DNA of 64,000 nucleotides from Candidatus Poribacteria bacterium (GTDB lineage: Bacteria; Poribacteria; WGA-4E; PCPOR2b). The stretch is from contig OZ244587.1 in the NCBI GenBank assembly GCA_965218095.1, positions 2,496,001 to 2,560,000 on the forward strand, given 5' to 3'. A program made the translations under genes and the position numbers. The notes beneath the pieces were generated by a model. That model was not told the origin of the DNA and made no database searches. It was given only the letters and a program-made list of their open reading frames with translations. Every line of letters begins with the position of its first letter. Within the stretch, counting starts at the first letter, position 1. This document shows positions 58,387 through 64,000 of this stretch, one piece after another.

Positions 58387-59076
58387 GTAGGTCAGGTTCT
58401 GCTGACGCTATCAGGCTGTCAACCATGCCGCAATGGTGATACAATACATGTCATGCCAAACTACCGACATGCTTATGTCCCTGGCGGGATGTTTTTCTTC
58501 ACCTTGGTGACCAACCGGCGCGCAGAGTCTCTATGTCTATGTGACGTTCCAGGCCGGCCCCTGCTAGAGAGCATTCTACGACGCTGCCAGATGTGCTGGC
58601 CTATGCTTGTCAATGCTACCATCTTGCTGCTAGATCACCTGCATACGATCTGGACCCTTCAAGCGGGTGATGCCGGCTATCCAACGCGCTGGAGATGGAT
58701 AGAGAAGGAATTCAGCAAAGAGTGGCTTTGCCTTGGGGGGCACGGAGCAGCCTGTGACGGCAGGGCGACGTCGGGAGCGGCGCCGCGGGGGGTGTGGCAG
58801 CCGCGCTTCTGGAAGCATACGATGAGAGACTTTGACGATTTTGAACAGCACTTTGATTATATCCACTACAACCCGGTGAAACACGGACTGGCGTGCTGTC
58901 CCCACGGATGGCGGTGGTCAAGCTTTCACCGTTGAGTTCGCGTCAGTGTTTACCCCTACGCGCGGGCATGCTCGTGTCGCCATCCCACAGTACCCCTGGA
59001 TTTCTGAGAAATTGAGGACACGACCGGCGAACCAATCATCCCCAAACCCCATGTTCTCAGGCACAGCTTGACCTAC
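58387..59076 (+). mobile_element. RAYT locus bounded by an inverted pair of GTAG-REPs
   Basis: GTAGGTCAGGTTCTGCTGAC (58387-58406) and TCAGGCACAGCTTGACCTAC (59057-59076). Confidence 0.75.
58453..58935 (+). pseudogene. REP-associated tyrosine transposase (RAYT), probably decayed
   Basis: MPNYR.AYVPGG.FFFTLVT, DHLH (HUH), WQPRFW.H, YIHYNPVKHG, WSSFHR*; apparent compensating shifts at two G6 runs. Confidence 0.85.
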
Positions 59077-59171
59077 CTGCTGCTGGCACGGTTAGGCTGC
59101 GGCGTGGCTGTGGCGGCGTTTTGGGGTTGCCCTTGTGTCATAATCCCCTGGGCGGGGAAAGCAGAAAAGTG

Positions 59172-59200
59172 TTGACAGTTTTCTCGGATTTTGCTATCCT
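59172..59200 (+). promoter_or_regulatory. Putative sigma70 promoter
   Basis: TTGACA-17 nt-TATCCT with an extended TG. Confidence 0.55.
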
Positions 59201-59239
59201 ATCATGTAATCTACCAGCAAACGAGTGAAGAGATAAATA

Positions 59240-60991
59240 ATGACCCTTATTGAAGCAGAAACTGAATATCTGCGCCAGAGGGCGCAAATTCCGGCGCGGG
59301 TCCGGGACCAACTCGACCAGATGTTTAAGGCGGGAGAGAGCCGCATTCCTCGGCGGGCGGTCGCTCTGGCATCGGAAATCGAGCGCCTTCGGTCGGCGGG
59401 CAAGCTCGGTGATGGCACCGATGGGGTGTTTAGCCACTGGTTCGACGAGCTCGTGGCAGGTCGACTCACCGAGACGCAGGCGCGGGCGATTCCGGGTCAG
59501 TTGGTGGCTGCCAGAGACCGGATTATATCCGCACTCACAGAGATAGAGCGAGGACCGGAGATTGATAAGGACAACCTTTACGACCTGCTTGCCTTCGTCT
59601 TCAAATCGAGCGACATTGAAGGGGTCGCGCGACTCGTTATTCGAGTGTATCAGCTTGGACTCAGGGTCGACATAGATCAGATCCAGACGTTTCTGACGCC
59701 TTTTCTCCATCATAACTCGATCGGCGAGATCGTGCGCCGTTTGGATAGGCTTGGACGGTGGATGACGCAGTTTGAAGGTCGGAACTATGAGGGCGTGATG
59801 TTCACCCCGGTGGTAACTCGTTACTTGGCAGAACACCCAGACTTTGAGGCAACCTTGGCAGAGTTTGACCGGCTCCGGGCGGAAACGTTGAGGGGACGGT
59901 TCCTGCTCGACAACGAACTTCAGAGAGATCTGGAATTCCTCCGGTTTGCTCACTTGAGTGCAAACCTCAATGGAGGACAAAGGGGAAGCGACGAGCAGTA
60001 CGCCGCTTTCAAGGCACTGCCGGTGCTGCCGCCACCTTGCCAAGAGACGGTCGAACTGAGCGAGGAGCATCTCGCCCAAGCGAGGCGTTACGGATACCAG
60101 GCTGCGTGCTTCCTGCAGTTCCTCAGGCATTTCAAGGACAAAACCTCACGGTCAATCGTGGTAGTCGGGAATGACCGCTATGGGAGGCAGTGGGTCGTTG
60201 AGCCGCTCCAGGACTATCTGAAAGATGATTTTACGCTCCGATACGACCGCGTTAGATCTCACGCATCGTTCAGGCTCAGAGTTCCCCACGAAGTAGATAA
60301 TAAGGCGCGGGCAGGTTTTCCCCAAGATTTTGCCAGAGAGCTGAGCGAGGAGATGCCGCACGTCGTCATCGTTGACGCTCGTAATCCAGTTAGAGGACCC
60401 GGCATGATGAAGATGTCGCGAGGTGCACGCGACTACGTGAACTGGTTCATGGTCTTCAACGACATCCGGGCAGAGGGCGATGTCTCCAAGTATGAGCATG
60501 AAGGCGCGGTGCCCCACCTATCGGAGCTAAGAAAGTGGTACGAATTCGACGTCGTGAGGCGATTGATAAAGCCGTGGGTGAAGCCTGGTCCAACGTACAA
60601 GATTACCCACTGGGCGCCGGAGTTGAAGGAGTACGTGATGCTCGGAGATTTCGCCATGCGGGCAGAATTCCCCGATCCGACGGACGATAAACCGCAGGTC
60701 GTTATATCGAACGCCGACATCTACAGGACCGAGGGTGATGACATCTACGAGACGCTTCGGGGAACGCACCCATACTACTTTGATGGGCCAGAGAAGTATG
60801 TGAAGGAGGCGGTGGAATTCGGGTTTGGGGAGTATGGATTGGAAACCCGCGTGAAGGGGCCTACGACCGATGAGTTCGTTGCGATGGTGCAGAAGGAGAT
60901 TACTGCCGAAGTTGGGAGGTTATTGCAAAGCAACGCGGTGCCAGTGGATGGGGTGATAGAGAGGCTAGAGTCACGAGATGCACAGAAATGA
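59240..60991 (+). CDS. Hypothetical protein, 583 aa; possible PRTase-like central domain
   Basis: Long ORF with its own promoter; IVVVGNDRYG and HVVIVD segments. Confidence 0.7.
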   Translation: MTLIEAETEYLRQRAQIPARVRDQLDQMFKAGESRIPRRAVALASEIERLRSAGKLGDGTDGVFSHWFDELVAGRLTETQARAIPGQLVAARDRIISALTEIERGPEIDKDNLYDLLAFVFKSSDIEGVARLVIRVYQLGLRVDIDQIQTFLTPFLHHNSIGEIVRRLDRLGRWMTQFEGRNYEGVMFTPVVTRYLAEHPDFEATLAEFDRLRAETLRGRFLLDNELQRDLEFLRFAHLSANLNGGQRGSDEQYAAFKALPVLPPPCQETVELSEEHLAQARRYGYQAACFLQFLRHFKDKTSRSIVVVGNDRYGRQWVVEPLQDYLKDDFTLRYDRVRSHASFRLRVPHEVDNKARAGFPQDFARELSEEMPHVVIVDARNPVRGPGMMKMSRGARDYVNWFMVFNDIRAEGDVSKYEHEGAVPHLSELRKWYEFDVVRRLIKPWVKPGPTYKITHWAPELKEYVMLGDFAMRAEFPDPTDDKPQVVISNADIYRTEGDDIYETLRGTHPYYFDGPEKYVKEAVEFGFGEYGLETRVKGPTTDEFVAMVQKEITAEVGRLLQSNAVPVDGVIERLESRDAQK

Positions 60992-61153
60992 AACGAAGAT
61001 GAGTCATCGGGAACAAGTCCAAGCCGCCCGCCATATACCGTTGCCGCTATTGAACATCGCTGCCATGATTATCACAGCCTTTTATGCAAAGTGCGAAACC
61101 CATGCTCTCGATTGGCTCCCCATCGCAGCTTGAGACCGTATGTAAAACTCTCG

Positions 61154-61182
61154 TTGAAAATAATAATAAATCTGGTTATAAT
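61154..61182 (+). promoter_or_regulatory. Putative sigma70 promoter upstream of the dehydrogenase operon
   Basis: TTGAAA-17 nt-TATAAT. Confidence 0.5.
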
Positions 61183-61669
61183 AGAGATAATTAAAGTTTG
61201 AACAAGTGTGCTAAAGTGTCTAAAGTTAAGAGGTCGCGTTGTACACTTGCCCGTTATCTCCCGATCTCACTTCCGGTTATACCCTTTTCGGCGCGTCGGA
61301 CACCTGTCCGACAATGACACGGTCAAAGGCACGTCAATTCGCCGACGGAAATCAAGTTGAATTTCGTGCGAATTTAACCGATTAGCAAGACACGCACAAA
61401 ATGGCTGCAACCCGACCATTGTTCGCCCTGCTCTCTGTGAAATTGTCCAAACTTTAGTAGAGATAAAGCTAAGCTATTATTCCAAATTGTAGCGAAAAAG
61501 TCAGCCCGGCGTTGTTCACGCTGATGTTGAGGTGGCCATACCGCTCGACTGTCGCCGCCACGGCGTTGAGAAACTGCTGTTCTTCGCAGGCGTCGAGCCT
61601 GACGGAAAACGCGTAAATGATAGCGCGTCGTCATATACATTCAACTTATCAACCCTAGGAGACCTACTT

Positions 61670-62650
61670 ATGACCCTGTCACCTGAATTGTGCAAGACGA
61701 TGTACAAAGATATGTGGCGCATCCGGCTCTTCGAGGAAGAGGCGAACCGCCAGACGAGTCTCGGCTCCGTGGTCGGTGCCCTTCACATGTACTGTGGGGA
61801 GGAGGCAGTCGCCGTCGGCGTCTGTGCCAACCTGCGGGAGGACGACTACGTCCTGGGCACGCACCGCAGCCATGGACACTGCCTGGCCAAGGGTGCCGAG
61901 TCACACCGTATGATGGCCGAACTTTTCGGCAAGGCCACGGGGACGTGCGCCGGGAAAGGCGGTTCGATGCACATCGCCGATTTCTCTCGTAATATGCTTG
62001 GTGCCAACGGCATCGTCGGTGCCGGCATCGCACCAGCCACCGGCGCCGCACTCGCTAGCAAGTTACGCGGAACAGATCAGGTATCGGTGTGCTTCTTTGG
62101 TGACGGCGCCGCTGCACGCGGCACCTTTCACGAAGGCATCGGGCTAGGGGCTTTGTGGAAGCTCCCTGTTGTCTACGTCTGTGAGAACAACCAGTACCAG
62201 CAGTGGGTGCCGCGCATGAATGTGGCCGTGCTCGATTCGGTCGCCGATATGGCAGGGTCGTATGCCATCCCCGGCGTGTCGGTCAACGGCCAGGACCTCG
62301 TCGATGTCTACGAGGTCGCTGGTGAGGCGGTCGAGCGCGCCCGCAAAGGCGAGGGACCCACATTAATTGAGGCACGAACCTACCGCTTCTACGGACACAG
62401 CTTGGGGGACGAAGAGCAGTACCGTTCCTCCGAGGAAGTTGATGCATGGAAGACCGACCGTGACCCGATTAACCTCTTCCGCTCGACAATGATGGACCAT
62501 GAGTGGTTGACTGACCAGGAGGACACGGAGATCCAGAACGAGGTCAAAGATGAGATCGCCAGGGCCGTGAAATTCGCCGAGGAGAGTCCGTTCCCGACGT
62601 CTGATAACGTCACCACGGATGTCCTCGCTCCCAGACAGGAGGTGGCATAA
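61670..62650 (+). CDS. TPP-dependent 2-oxoacid/acetoin dehydrogenase E1 alpha
   Basis: H...GEEA, THRSHGH, GKGGSMH, FFGDGA...ENN, TYRFYGHS. Confidence 0.95.
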   Translation: MTLSPELCKTMYKDMWRIRLFEEEANRQTSLGSVVGALHMYCGEEAVAVGVCANLREDDYVLGTHRSHGHCLAKGAESHRMMAELFGKATGTCAGKGGSMHIADFSRNMLGANGIVGAGIAPATGAALASKLRGTDQVSVCFFGDGAAARGTFHEGIGLGALWKLPVVYVCENNQYQQWVPRMNVAVLDSVADMAGSYAIPGVSVNGQDLVDVYEVAGEAVERARKGEGPTLIEARTYRFYGHSLGDEEQYRSSEEVDAWKTDRDPINLFRSTMMDHEWLTDQEDTEIQNEVKDEIARAVKFAEESPFPTSDNVTTDVLAPRQEVA

Positions 62651-63621
62651 TGAGAACGCTGACTTTCAGTGAGGCATTACGAGAGGCGCTGCACGAGGAG
62701 ATGGAACGCGACGAGACGATATTCGTCATCGGCGAAGATGTCATTACACACGGTGGGCCTTACAAGGTGACGGATGGCATTGCGGAACGTTTCCCGGAGC
62801 GGATTTTCGAGACGCCGATCGCGGAGGCAGGGATTATGGGCGTGGGGGTCGGTGCCGCTATGGCGGGGATGAACCCTGTGGTCGAAATTATGTACATGGA
62901 TTTCGTGACTTGTGCCATGGACGAAGTGGTCAACCAAGCGGCAAAGATGCGTTATATGACCGGAGGCCAAGCCAGTGTGCCGATGGTGATTCGCCTACCA
63001 TGTGGCGTCGGTCGGTTGCTGGCGGCACAGCATTCGCAGATTATGGAATCGTGGTTCATGCACGTTCCTGGCCTACAGGTTGTCGTGCCCTCAACACCCG
63101 GCGACGCCAAGGGATTGCTCAAATCCGCAATACGCAGTTCCGACCCGGTGCTGTTCTTCGAGTACAAGCGGATCTACGCCTCTAGGGGTGAGGTTCCGGA
63201 TGGGGATCACATCATACCCATCGGTCAAGCCAAGATTTGTCGCGAGGGAGAGGACGCAACCGTTGTTGCTATCGGTCCGATGGTGCAGAAGTCACTGGAA
63301 GCAGCCGTGCTGTTAGAAGACGATGGCTACGACGTTGAGGTTGTCGACGCAAGAAGCCTGTCGCCGTTGGATACCGAGACGATCTGCGAGTCGGTGCGTC
63401 GGACGGGCCATGCCGTGGTCTGCGGGGAGGACTCCAGCTTTGCCGGGGCGGTCTCCGAGATAGCAGCGATGATCGGTGAAAACTGTTTCAAAGACCTAAA
63501 CGCGCCGGTCGTTCGGGTTGGTAGCCCTCATGTGCCGATGCCATTCAGCGCCGAACTCGTCAAGCATGTTGTGCCTGATGTTTCTAATATCACGGCGGCT
63601 GTCGATCGCGTAATGACGTAA
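62650..63621 (+). CDS. Dehydrogenase E1 beta subunit
   Basis: IGEDV, TPIAEAG, PVVEIM..DF, AAQHSQ, DAKGLL. Confidence 0.95.
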   Translation: MRTLTFSEALREALHEEMERDETIFVIGEDVITHGGPYKVTDGIAERFPERIFETPIAEAGIMGVGVGAAMAGMNPVVEIMYMDFVTCAMDEVVNQAAKMRYMTGGQASVPMVIRLPCGVGRLLAAQHSQIMESWFMHVPGLQVVVPSTPGDAKGLLKSAIRSSDPVLFFEYKRIYASRGEVPDGDHIIPIGQAKICREGEDATVVAIGPMVQKSLEAAVLLEDDGYDVEVVDARSLSPLDTETICESVRRTGHAVVCGEDSSFAGAVSEIAAMIGENCFKDLNAPVVRVGSPHVPMPFSAELVKHVVPDVSNITAAVDRVMT

Positions 63622-63806
63622 CAGTGGTGCTCTGTGAAATAAGTCTTGACATCTGCAACAATCTGCGTCAGAAGGGGCTGGTCAAACGTAATGCGTAAAA
63701 CGTAAGAAGAGACTTCTTCTGACGTTTTACGTTTCACGCCCTTATGCTCACTGGACTTCAATTCTCATAATTTATCTGACGCTGTAGTAGGAGGAAAGTA
63801 GGACTC

Positions 63807-64000
63807 ATGGCAATACAATTCCGTTTAGCGGCTCTCGGCCACACCATGGAAACGGGCCGCGTCGTCGAGTGGCACATAACCGAAGGTAGTAGAGTCGAGG
63901 AGGGCCAGCTTCTGGTATCGATCGAGACAGACAAGGCGGTCGCTGACATTGAGTCGCCGGTCAGTGGCGTGCTGTTACGCATCGTCGGCCAGGTTGATGG
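63807..64000 (+). CDS. E2 acyltransferase / lipoyl-domain protein (3' end outside the window)
   Basis: LGHTMETG.VVEW...EG..V.EG..L..IETDKA...IESPVSG lipoyl motif. Confidence 0.9.
   Translation, partial: MAIQFRLAALGHTMETGRVVEWHITEGSRVEEGQLLVSIETDKAVADIESPVSGVLLRIVGQVD

Noticed and set aside
58735-58792. Programmed frameshift or phase variation in RAYT
   Set aside because: G6 runs are short and the gene has other lesions; decay or homopolymer error is simpler
59138-60130. 330-aa minus-strand ORF
   Set aside because: Antisense shadow of the 583-aa gene with no recognisable motifs
1-64000. CRISPR array, cas genes, rRNA or tRNA
   Set aside because: No regularly spaced repeat-spacer series and no recognisable tRNA or rRNA sequence; the repeats are dispersed palindromes

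Overview
Bacterial chromosomal window of moderate GC. Housekeeping genes (dnaE, ftsX, rpmB, rel, recJ, mtaB, coaX, a KdsC-KdsA fusion, family-4 UDG, 2-oxoacid/acetoin dehydrogenase E1a/E1b/E2) are mixed with sugar and polysaccharide catabolism (IlvD/Edd dehydratase, Zn glucose dehydrogenase, ALDH, heparinase II/III-type lyase, sulfatase). The mobile load is heavy: four IS elements, at least two MITE-like families, a decayed RAYT flanked by GTAG-REPs, several palindromic and heptamer repeat families, and about 14 gene remnants. The gene content (PhyH dioxygenases, sulfatase, PorV-like protein, DUF4058) would fit a Poribacteria/PVC/FCB-type diderm, but that is inference only. No rRNA, tRNA or CRISPR array was seen. 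The most unusual signals are: (1) a DEDD 3'-5' exonuclease whose TAG stop is followed in frame by a 3xCxxC zinc domain ending in the SSB-tip sequence DDDIPF, directly upstream of a GlmU-like NTase + LbH + DUF89 phosphatase triple fusion; (2) a DUF488 / coiled-coil / degenerate HEPN-like fusion; (3) a family-4 UDG with altered catalytic motifs; (4) a duplicated ~65-nt structured leader in a low-GC island of small ORFs; (5) MITE-like shells carrying different palindromic cargo. All family assignments come from motif recognition, not from database searches.
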